Shown here piece by piece: positions 55,911 to 64,000 of a stretch of 64,000 nucleotides of DNA. The stretch lies in NCBI GenBank assembly GCA_016185435.1, contig JACPNN010000021.1:269-64268 (forward strand), read 5' to 3'. This DNA comes from Candidatus Aenigmatarchaeota archaeon (lineage in GTDB: Archaea > Aenigmatarchaeota > Aenigmatarchaeia > QMZP01). How positions within the stretch are numbered: the first letter of the stretch is position 1; each line of letters begins with the position of its first letter. The position numbers and the translations under genes were made by a program. The notes below the pieces were generated by a model. The model was not told the DNA's origin. It worked only from the letters and a program-made list of their open reading frames with translations, and ran no database searches.

Positions 55911-56074
55911 GAATATCAACACCAGTATCTAGAGGGATGTAGTATAGGCTTTTCTTCCAAAGAAAAGCCCATCCGGCAAAAGAAGGATATACCAATGATA
56001 AGCATATCCTTCGGTTGCTGGGGGTTGATAAGGGCCCGCAGAGGCCCTTATTGGGATACTTCCCTTCTGCGCCA

Positions 56075-56092
56075 AGGAAGGGCTATGATATG
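56075..56092 (+). repeat. 18-bp perfect direct repeat copy 2 (contains actual rpoA'' start codon)
   Basis: See 55893-55910; 164 bp of unrelated sequence lies between the copies. Confidence 0.85.
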
Positions 56093-58714
56093 ACGAAGAA
56101 AATAGAAGACAATAGCTTAGAAGGAGTGATTGACAAAACAATGGATGAAATGCTTGAAACTTTCCCCCAGAAGCTGAGGGAAGATGTTCTCCAGTACATG
56201 GACGAAAAAGCCCTGCCTTTCGACAAGAGAGAGAGGATTGTGCAAAAGGTCTTCCAGCTCTACAGGCAAAGCCTGTACAACCCTGAGGAAGCCATAGGCA
56301 TTGTTACTGCCCAGAGCCTGTCCGAACCCGCCACCCAGATGTCACTGGACTGCTCTGAGAAGGTCATAGTGAAACGCAACAAGGCGATTAAAATAATCCC
56401 TATCGGCTCTTTCATAGATCTTATTATGGAGAATGAGGGGAGGAAAATGATTAATGGATGGGAGGTATGTGATGTGTTAGGTCTAGAGCTATATGTTCCG
56501 AGCATTACGCAGAATGAAAAAATAGAATGGAGACAGATAAAGGAGGTAAGCAGGCATCCTGCTCCTGAAACGCTGCTGGAAATAAGAACAAAGTCAGGCA
56601 GGAAAATTGTGGCCACAGATTCCCATTCTTTTTTCGTAAGGAAAAATAACAGGATAATTGCAGTTTCCGGGGCAGAGCTGGAGGCGGGTGAGAGGATACC
56701 TGCATTATCATTCCTCCCTGAAAACTGCATCCAGCACTTAGAGACAAAACAGATAGTCGGGGACGGGAAATATGCCAAAAAGCGTTTGGCAGAGACGCTT
56801 CAGCTGAATGGCAGGTTGGGGTGGCTTTTCGGGGCTTATCTGGCAGAAGGAAATGCGGCCAAATTCTATGTCTCCTTCTCGAACACAGACAAGAGGTTTT
56901 TGTCCCAGATAAGGGATATTGCGAAATCGTTTGGCTTCACGTTCAATGAGTATGACAACAACAGAGGATTTGCCTTGGGCCATGGCATCAGGATAAACTC
57001 GAAGCAGCTTTCCATGCTGATGGAAAGGGCATGCGGGGTAGGCGCAGCGAATAAGAAAGTGCCTGATTTTGCCTTCAGCGCAAACGCTGATTTTGTTTCA
57101 GGTATCCTGAGGGGATATTTCGATGGTGATGGAAGCGTGTCTGTTGAGAGAAAGGTAATAAGGGCGTCATCAAAATCATCGGAGCTTATTGATGGTATAG
57201 CTCTCCTCTTGACAAGGTTCGGGATATTTGCCAGAAAATCAAGGGACAAGCAATACACGCTTTCGATACCATACAAGCATGCAAAGGCATTCAGCAAGAT
57301 AGGCTTTTCAGTTGGTTACAAGGGTGAGCAGCTTGATATGCTGTGCAATCTTTTTGAAAAGGATAAAGACAGATATGAGGACTTCATTGACATGGTAGGC
57401 GGGTTTGACGATATAATGGTCAGTCTTTCTAGGAAGCTGAACCTGCCTGCAAGATATGTAAACAGCTGCACAAAAAGGCAGAAGATTGGAAGGACAGCGC
57501 TTTTGAGGCACATTGAAAGGTTCAAAAGGGCTTCCATGGAAAAATCCATAGATATTGAAAAGGAGCTGGCCGTATTAAAAAGAATGCACGAATCTGATGT
57601 TGTGTGGGATGAGATAGTTTCTATTGGCAGGATGAGGCCTTCCAGCAGCTATGTTTATGACTTCAGCGTGCCTGGAACAGAGAGCTTTACAACATTTGAC
57701 GGCATAGTCACGCACAATACCATGCGTACCTACCATTTCGCCGGCACAGCAGGCATACAGGTTACATTAGGTTTGCCCAGAATGATAGAGATATTCGACG
57801 CGAGAAGAGAGCCTACCACCCCGACAATGATTGTCTACGTGAACAGGGGATTGCAGGACAAGGAGAAGGTGAAGAAGATAGCCGAGAACATCAAGGAAGT
57901 GAAGGTGAAGAACATAACCATAAGCGTCTCAATGGACCTGACAGAATCCATAATACGGTGCAGGATGAACGCAAAGAAGCTCAAAGAGCTTGAAATCGAT
58001 CCCAAAAAACTCCCCAGCATGATGAAGATAAGGGGGAACAAGGTGGAGGTTGAGGGGGACGACCTTATCATAAGGACAAAGAAAAAGGATCTGAGGAATC
58101 TCCACAAGATCAAATTCGCTTTGCTTGACAGCAGGATAAAGGGAATAAAAGGCATAACACAGGCGATAGTCCTCAAGGAAAGGAACGAGTGGGTGATAAA
58201 CACACTCGGGAGCAATCTAAAGAAAGCCATACTGATAGAAGGCGTGGATACAGACAGGACGACAAGCAACAACATCTTTGAGGTCTGCGAGGTGCTGGGA
58301 ATAGAGGCTGCAAGGAATGCGATAATCCATCAGGCAGCCTATGTCATGGAGGAGCAGGGGCTGAACGCTGACATGAGATACCTGATGCTGCTTGCTGACA
58401 TGATGACGGTGACGGGCCAGATAAGATCCATAGGGAGGTACGGGATTTCAGGCGGGAAGAGCAGCGTGCTCGTAAGAGCCAGCTTCGAGGAGACAAAGAA
58501 GCATCTTGTAGGGGCGAGCGTTAAGGGAGAGAAGGATGAGTTCAGGGGAACCATAGAGAACGTGATGGTGAACCAGCTTGCTCCCATAGGCACGGGCGCC
58601 TTCAACCTTGTCGGGGAGATACCGTCTATTGGAGAAGAGAAGAAAGAGGGAGACAGGAAGAAAGAAAAGGAGATAAAGGTCAAGGAAGCCAAGAAAAAGG
58701 GGAAGGAAGAATAA
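56090..58714 (+). CDS. rpoA2: RNA polymerase subunit A'' interrupted by an intein
   Basis: Exteins ...AQSLSEPATQM | TMRTYHFAGTAGIQ... reconstitute the conserved EPxTQMTxRTFHxAG motif; extein total ~415 aa. Track ORF start (TTG 56015) is probably too far upstream; ATG at 56090 sits in the duplicated junction. Confidence 0.8.
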   Translation: MTKKIEDNSLEGVIDKTMDEMLETFPQKLREDVLQYMDEKALPFDKRERIVQKVFQLYRQSLYNPEEAIGIVTAQSLSEPATQMSLDCSEKVIVKRNKAIKIIPIGSFIDLIMENEGRKMINGWEVCDVLGLELYVPSITQNEKIEWRQIKEVSRHPAPETLLEIRTKSGRKIVATDSHSFFVRKNNRIIAVSGAELEAGERIPALSFLPENCIQHLETKQIVGDGKYAKKRLAETLQLNGRLGWLFGAYLAEGNAAKFYVSFSNTDKRFLSQIRDIAKSFGFTFNEYDNNRGFALGHGIRINSKQLSMLMERACGVGAANKKVPDFAFSANADFVSGILRGYFDGDGSVSVERKVIRASSKSSELIDGIALLLTRFGIFARKSRDKQYTLSIPYKHAKAFSKIGFSVGYKGEQLDMLCNLFEKDKDRYEDFIDMVGGFDDIMVSLSRKLNLPARYVNSCTKRQKIGRTALLRHIERFKRASMEKSIDIEKELAVLKRMHESDVVWDEIVSIGRMRPSSSYVYDFSVPGTESFTTFDGIVTHNTMRTYHFAGTAGIQVTLGLPRMIEIFDARREPTTPTMIVYVNRGLQDKEKVKKIAENIKEVKVKNITISVSMDLTESIIRCRMNAKKLKELEIDPKKLPSMMKIRGNKVEVEGDDLIIRTKKKDLRNLHKIKFALLDSRIKGIKGITQAIVLKERNEWVINTLGSNLKKAILIEGVDTDRTTSNNIFEVCEVLGIEAARNAIIHQAAYVMEEQGLNADMRYLMLLADMMTVTGQIRSIGRYGISGGKSSVLVRASFEETKKHLVGASVKGEKDEFRGTIENVMVNQLAPIGTGAFNLVGEIPSIGEEKKEGDRKKEKEIKVKEAKKKGKEE
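56342..57718 (+). other. intein (~459 aa) with LAGLIDADG homing endonuclease in RpoA''
   Basis: Begins SLDCSEKV (Ser1) directly after conserved QM; ends VTHN followed by Thr; LAGLIDADG motifs LFGAYLAEGNA and LRGYFDGDGSV. Confidence 0.7.
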
Positions 58715-58793
58715 ATCCGGTTAATTTCATATTTCAGAACGATTCACCAGCAAAAACTGCCTATCCATATATTATCCCTTCTCCAAATACTAA

Positions 58794-59753
58794 TTGATGA
58801 TAACTGCCACTACCTTCGATGGCAAGTTCCAGAAGGCGCAGATAGGCGCAAAGGATGTTAAAAGGCTCATAAACTCCCATAAGCTTGTCTGGATAAACTG
58901 TGCTTCGTTATCGCATGGCGAACTGAAATCCGTATTCGAGGGTGTGGAGAGCATACCTCATTTCCTCGTTGATTACTGCACAAGAAGGCAGAGGCCCAGG
59001 ATAGACCAGCACGGAGACACAGTCTTCCTTGTTTTCGATATGCTCAGCTATGAACACTCTTTAAGGAACGAGCAGCTGAACGCTATTGTAGGAGGGAATT
59101 TTGTTTTGACAATCACAGGCAAGAATCTACGGCAGATTGACAGGATTGAAGAGCTTGCAGGAACCAATTCTGCTCATATAAGGAAACTGGGAAAGGCATA
59201 TCTGCTTTACCTTATACTCGACAGCATAGTGGACGACTATGGTCTGATCCTCGACAAAATAGATGAGGACATGGAAAGGCTCGAGGCGTCGCTGCTAGAA
59301 GGGTCCAAGGAAAACATGCACCATAAGATCATCCAGATGGGAAAGATCATGGCCAAAATCTGGAGGAGCATAATGCCGGAGAAAGAGATTTTCCACAGTC
59401 TGGGGAGGAGCGAGTTCAATATGCTGGGAGGCCATGCAGCAGTATATTTCAGGGACACGGCCTCTGACTTGCTGACGATTTCCGAGAGGATTGAAATGCA
59501 AAGGGAGACGATTTCAAACCTGATGGAGGTCTATGCCTCTTCTATTTCAAACAGCCTGAGCACCATAATGAAGATGCTTACTGTCCTGACAGCGGTCCTT
59601 CTTGTTCCAACGCTTATATCAGGCATATATGGCATGAATCTTGCCTATCTTCCCATTGCAAACCATCCCAACGGCTTCCTGGTAATGATAATTATCATGA
59701 TCATTTCCATGCTGCTGCTTCTGCTCGCCTTCAGACTGAAGAAGTGGATATGA
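58794..59753 (+). CDS. corA: CorA-family Mg2+/Co2+ transporter
   Basis: C-terminal two TM helices with YGMNLAYLP (GMN motif). Confidence 0.7.
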   Translation: MMITATTFDGKFQKAQIGAKDVKRLINSHKLVWINCASLSHGELKSVFEGVESIPHFLVDYCTRRQRPRIDQHGDTVFLVFDMLSYEHSLRNEQLNAIVGGNFVLTITGKNLRQIDRIEELAGTNSAHIRKLGKAYLLYLILDSIVDDYGLILDKIDEDMERLEASLLEGSKENMHHKIIQMGKIMAKIWRSIMPEKEIFHSLGRSEFNMLGGHAAVYFRDTASDLLTISERIEMQRETISNLMEVYASSISNSLSTIMKMLTVLTAVLLVPTLISGIYGMNLAYLPIANHPNGFLVMIIIMIISMLLLLLAFRLKKWI

Positions 59754-59834
59754 CATGGGAAACTAGAATTTCTGGTAAATCTATTTTTCGCTATAGGAAA
59801 CAGAATTGATATGCTTAGAGTTGACTAGCAGAGA

Positions 59835-61475
59835 TCAGATCGGGCAGACAAGCTTGCCAAGCTTCTCTGTCAGCCTCGCATTCTCAGAATAATCCACGGG
59901 GACATCCATAATCACTATATTGTCCGTTTCCAGAGCCTTTTTCAGGGCAGGCATGAATTCCCCTGCCGAATTTATCCTTATCCCGATGCACCCAAAACTC
60001 TCCGCATACATGACAAAATCAGGATTGGTGAAAGACATTCCAAATTCTGATCCAAACTCTTTTACCTGCTTCCACTCAATCATTCCGTATTTGCTGTCAC
60101 TGAAGATTATCACCACAAACGCCAGGCCCAGCCTTTTTGCAGTCTCTATCTCCTGCGAATTCATCAGAAAGCCGCCATCGCCTGTAATCGCCACTATTTT
60201 TCTGTCAGGGTGGACAAGCTTTGCAGCCACGCAGCCCGGGAGAGCTATCCCCATCGTGGCAAACCCGTTTGATATTATCACTGTGTTGGGTGAGTAAGCC
60301 GGATACAGCCTTGCTATCCACAGCTTGTGCATCCCGACGTCGCTCAGAATTATGTCCTTATCCCCCAGAGCCTGCCTGACATCATAAAGTATCTTCTGCG
60401 GCTTCATGGGGAAATGGCTGCTGTTTCTGAACTCCTCGAACTCGCCTTTTGTCAGTTTTTTGAGAGAATTCATGTATTCAAAGCTCTTGTTGAAGCCTGT
60501 CAGCCTTGTCAGCTTGTAGAGAATAGTTTTCATTTCTCCGACAAGCTCCACGTCAGGATCATAGTGGGCATCCACTTCCGCCCTCACGCTGTCTATGTGT
60601 ATCAGTTTCTTGTCGCCCTCCGGATTCCAGAACGCGGGGGAATATTCGGCTATGTCATACCCCACAGTTATCACCAGATCTGCCTTCTCGAATCCGCACA
60701 TTATGTAGTCCTTTGCCTGCAGGCCTATGGTAGACACAAAAAGCTCATGCTTTGCAGAAATGGCTCCCTTGGCCATGAACGTGTTGGCCGCATAAATCCT
60801 GTTTTTCTCTGCGAAATCGGCCAGCTCCCTGCACGCTTCGGCCCTGATCACGCCATTGCCCGCAAGTATTATGGGGTTTTTCGAATTTTTTATGAGAGTT
60901 GCCGCAGCTTCAAAGGCATCTTTTGTCGGCCTGAAGGAAGGGTTACTTGCAACCTTCAGCGGCTTAAGATCCTTTTCCAGATCCAGGCATGCTATTGCCT
61001 CTGATATCTCGATATGCGCCGCGCCTTTCTTCTCGATCTGCGCTATCCTGAATGCCTTTCTTATCACTTCGGGTATCACATCGGCATGATGCACCCTCGC
61101 GTTCCATTTGGTGATGGGCCTGAATGCATTGACAATATCTATGTACTGGTGGCTCTCTTTATGGGCCCGCCTCAGGTCAGCCTGGCCTGTTATGGCAATC
61201 AATGGAGCACGGTCCATGTTTGCATCTGCGACCCCTGTAAACAGGTTGGTCGCTCCTGGCCCCAAAGTGGAGAGGCACACTCCGGCCTTGCCTGTCAGCC
61301 TGCCATAGACATCGGCCATGAAGGCAGCGCCCTGTTCATGCCTTGTCAGGACAAACTTTATCCTGGAATTCCTCAAGGCCTCAAGGATGTCCAGATTCTC
61401 TTCCCCCGGAAGGCCGAATATGTATTCTGTTCCCTCATTCTCGAGGCACTTCACAAACAGCTCTGCGGCTTTCAT
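59835..61475 (-). CDS. ilvB: thiamine-diphosphate-dependent enzyme of the acetolactate synthase large-subunit family
   Basis: 546 aa; ThDP-binding GDGGF...N fold (ITGDGGFLMNSQEIETAKR) and N-terminal Pyr-domain blocks. Confidence 0.6.
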   Translation of the reverse strand: MKAAELFVKCLENEGTEYIFGLPGEENLDILEALRNSRIKFVLTRHEQGAAFMADVYGRLTGKAGVCLSTLGPGATNLFTGVADANMDRAPLIAITGQADLRRAHKESHQYIDIVNAFRPITKWNARVHHADVIPEVIRKAFRIAQIEKKGAAHIEISEAIACLDLEKDLKPLKVASNPSFRPTKDAFEAAATLIKNSKNPIILAGNGVIRAEACRELADFAEKNRIYAANTFMAKGAISAKHELFVSTIGLQAKDYIMCGFEKADLVITVGYDIAEYSPAFWNPEGDKKLIHIDSVRAEVDAHYDPDVELVGEMKTILYKLTRLTGFNKSFEYMNSLKKLTKGEFEEFRNSSHFPMKPQKILYDVRQALGDKDIILSDVGMHKLWIARLYPAYSPNTVIISNGFATMGIALPGCVAAKLVHPDRKIVAITGDGGFLMNSQEIETAKRLGLAFVVIIFSDSKYGMIEWKQVKEFGSEFGMSFTNPDFVMYAESFGCIGIRINSAGEFMPALKKALETDNIVIMDVPVDYSENARLTEKLGKLVCPI

Positions 61476-61775
61476 GCCAAAGTTTTTTTGATCTATAATT
61501 TAAAAAGCAGTATCTGAGATGAATGCCTTTATTCATGACATGGAGGCCGACATAGCCCTCGGCGATACGATGAACAGGCCTGCTTTTCTAAACCCCGACG
61601 GCTCGCTGAGGAAGTTTGTTATGGTGACCGCAAATTCCATCTCCTCCGTTGCCTTCACGGTAGACGCATCTACCAAGCTTTTCTAGTGCAAGACAGAAAA
61701 GCTCTGCTTGAATTCTTAGGCACAATCCAACGGCAACCATCTCTTTAAAAAACTGTTCCCTTAATACTTAAGAGG

Positions 61776-62036
61776 ATGATTCCCATGGCCTACAATACTG
61801 ATGATGTTGCCAATGAAATCGAGAAAATGTGCTTAAATCTAGCTGGCAAACTGCGCGGAATTGTGGATGATTTGAAATCATACCCGCCTGAAGTGCTTCA
61901 GAACTATGTAAAGGGCAACGTCCACTATTTCAAACAGTTTAGGGAGATCGATCAAATACTGCAAGGAACGAATCTTCACGAAAGAGAGGAGTATATCAGC
62001 AGTGCTCTAAGAGAACTGAAAGAGGAACGCAAGTGA
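61776..62036 (+). CDS. hypothetical protein (86 aa)
   Basis: ORF only. Confidence 0.25.
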   Translation: MIPMAYNTDDVANEIEKMCLNLAGKLRGIVDDLKSYPPEVLQNYVKGNVHYFKQFREIDQILQGTNLHEREEYISSALRELKEERK

Positions 62037-62146
62037 TAAAGCAGTCCCTTTTAGGTTGTCAACACCCTTTTACTGTCAACCAGCCAGAGCAACAACACGT
62101 TTTGGCTCTTCAATGCTACGGCCGAAAAGAAAGCCTTCATCCCGGC

Positions 62147-63517
62147 TCATTGGCTGTTGACTACAACAGTCTTAATATTCACAAACTCCCTTATGCCGAA
62201 TTCCCCCAGCTCCCTCCCATATCCTGATTTCTTCACGCCGCCGAAAGGCAGCTTGGGATCGCTTTTGACTATCGTGTTCACAAAAACATTTCCTGCCTCT
62301 ATCTGCCTTGCAAGCCTTTCCGCCTTTTCAGTGTCTGAAGACCATATGCTTGCGCCAAGGCCATAAGGGGTGCCATTAGCTATTCTTACCGCTTCCCTTT
62401 CGTCTTCCGCTGTTATCATGGGCATGACAGGCCCGAAGACCTCTTCCCTGTAAACTTCCATATTATCCTTTATGCCTGAAAGGAGGGTCGGCTGGTAGAA
62501 GAATCCCCTGCCTCCAGGCCTACCCCCTCCAAACAATATCTTTGCTCCCTTCGTCCTTGCATCCTCAACTTTCCTTTCCACATCCTCAAGTATATCCCTT
62601 TTAGCCAGGGGGCCTATGTCTGTCGATTCCTCAAGAGGATTCCCGACTTTAAGCTTTTCAAGATTCCTGACAAGCGTGTCCTCAAATTCACTTTCAATCC
62701 CCTTTACCACAATGAACCTCTTTGCGGCTATGCAGCTCTGGCCCGCATTTTTCATCCTTGCATCCACAGCATTTGAAGCGGCTTTCCCAATGTCCGCATC
62801 CTCCAGGACTATGAAAGGGTCTGATCCCCCCAGCTCCAGCACGCATTTCTTGATGTTTTTTCCTGCAATTGAAGCGACCTGCATCCCCGCTGATGTGGAG
62901 CCTGTAAGGCTTACGGCATCCACATGGTCCGATTCCACCAGCCTCATCGCGGCAGAAGAATCGACCAATAAGCTTCTGAAAACAAACTCAGGAAAGCCGG
63001 AATCGGCAAAAATCTCCTGAATTTTCAGTGAACACCGGGGCACATTGCTCGCATGCTTCAGGACCACAAGATTTCCTGCAATCATAGCAGGGAGAGCAAA
63101 CCTCATCACCTGCCAGAAGGGGAAGTTCCATGGCATGATTCCCAGGACAAGGCCCAGCGGCTCAAAGGTTATATAGCTTTTTTTATTCTGCGTGTCTATT
63201 ACCTCCTTTTCCAGGAATCCTTTTGCTGATTTTGAGTAATAATCGCACAATAAGGCGCATTTCTCTATTTCAGCAATGGCCTCCCTTATCGGCTTTCCCA
63301 TCTCATCCGTCACTATCCTTGATAATTCATTTTTCCTCCCGAGCAGCCTTTCCCCAAGGGCTTCTGCCAGCCTCAGCTTTTCGCCTATATCCGTGTTTTT
63401 CCATTCATGGAACCTGCCCTTTGACTCTTTCAGGGCAGCAGATGCCTGTCTGTAATCCATTCCCTCAAATTCGGCCATCACCTCTTCTGTGGCAGGATTG
63501 ACTGAGAAGAATTTCAT
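62147..63517 (-). CDS. NAD(P)-dependent aldehyde dehydrogenase (succinate-semialdehyde dehydrogenase-like)
   Basis: LELGGSDPFIV (catalytic Glu motif), GQSCIAAKRFIV (catalytic Cys), GTPYGLGASIWS. Confidence 0.7.
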   Translation of the reverse strand: MKFFSVNPATEEVMAEFEGMDYRQASAALKESKGRFHEWKNTDIGEKLRLAEALGERLLGRKNELSRIVTDEMGKPIREAIAEIEKCALLCDYYSKSAKGFLEKEVIDTQNKKSYITFEPLGLVLGIMPWNFPFWQVMRFALPAMIAGNLVVLKHASNVPRCSLKIQEIFADSGFPEFVFRSLLVDSSAAMRLVESDHVDAVSLTGSTSAGMQVASIAGKNIKKCVLELGGSDPFIVLEDADIGKAASNAVDARMKNAGQSCIAAKRFIVVKGIESEFEDTLVRNLEKLKVGNPLEESTDIGPLAKRDILEDVERKVEDARTKGAKILFGGGRPGGRGFFYQPTLLSGIKDNMEVYREEVFGPVMPMITAEDEREAVRIANGTPYGLGASIWSSDTEKAERLARQIEAGNVFVNTIVKSDPKLPFGGVKKSGYGRELGEFGIREFVNIKTVVVNSQ

Positions 63518-63776
63518 AAATCTCTCCTTGAATTATAATGAAGGCAGGTTTAAATAAAAATTTCAGTTCGGAACAGATACCCTGCAAGAGGCAGTTATGG
63601 CTTTATTATATGGTAAGCACAAATACTTAAGTGATAGGAACATGGCAGCAAAAAAAAGAAAGGCGGCAAGGAAGAGATAAGGGATATTTCATTTTCATTT
63701 CAAATCCCGTTTCGATTTTTATTTTCAATTTCTCATTTGTTTTTCATCAGTAAGGGAGGCAGCTATCTATTTGAAT

Positions 63777-64000
63777 AAGGCGCTAATTTCCTTTTTTGAA
63801 AGAATCAGCTTGAATTTTCTGAATTCGATTTTCTTGTCATCAAAAAACTCTTCAACCTTTTTCTCATCCTTCTCTTCAACGGCCAGACAGCATCTGGCAA
63901 GCTTGGCATATGAAATCGAGCCGAGGAGGCCTTTCCTGTTGTATGTGTATTTCCCACTTTTCGACTTGTCCTTATAGCCGAAAAGGCCCCTGCTTATCTT
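63777..64000 (-). CDS. hypothetical protein, 5' end beyond window
   Basis: Reverse-strand ORF ending ...EEFFDDKKIEFRKFKLILSKKEISALFK with stop at 63777-63779; track lists only an antisense + ORF here. Confidence 0.3.

Noticed and set aside
55908-56093. 61-aa ORF between rpoA' and rpoA''
   Set aside because: Lies entirely within the 164-bp insert and starts at the duplicated ancestral ATG; likely a by-product of the insertion.
61518-61688. 56-aa ORF MNAFIHDMEADIALGDTMNRPAF... between the ALS-like gene and ORF 61776
   Set aside because: No motif, no coupling to neighbours; could be real but the evidence is insufficient.

Overview
This 64-kb window is archaeal chromosomal DNA. The lineage markers are an archaeal histone gene and a split RNA polymerase operon, alongside Pelota, Kae1, an archaeal-type riboflavin synthase and the LAGLIDADG inteins. 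The RNAP operon runs rpoH, rpoB'', rpoB', rpoA', rpoA'', and rpoA'' carries a LAGLIDADG intein. The window is mostly housekeeping and accessory genes:

- DNA repair glycosylases (Nth-like, Tag)
- a riboflavin ribB plus ribC-ribH block
- an OtsA-OtsB fusion
- MscS and CorA channels
- a Bat/MoxR-DUF58-vWA aerotolerance-like operon
- several TA modules: VapBC, three HEPN/MNT pairs, and a DUF4258-like toxin with a Zn-ribbon-AbrB partner
- one IS1595-family IS

Most worth a second look:

1. A PafA/Dop-family (Pup-ligase-like) carboxylate-amine ligase sits in this archaeal context. No Pup, proteasome or ARC genes are visible nearby.
2. A 619-aa intein interrupts the MoxR AAA+ ATPase. It and the rpoA'' intein both start with Ser-Leu and end His-Asn followed by Thr, which suggests they are related.
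3. Every inter-subunit junction of the RNAP operon carries 160-280 bp of extra DNA. The A'/A'' junction has a perfect 18-bp target-site-like duplication.
4. Short gene modules repeatedly appear inserted with duplication of the adjacent gene's 5' or 3' end, leaving 35-145 bp direct repeats.
5. A compositionally heterogeneous cassette-like array (ribB/ribCH, HEPN-MNT, Dph6-like) is punctuated by three copies of a conserved ~38-bp motif.
6. A ~122-bp tandem repeat shares a ~32-nt core with a second locus downstream of the MoxR gene.

No rRNA, tRNA or CRISPR array was recognised.
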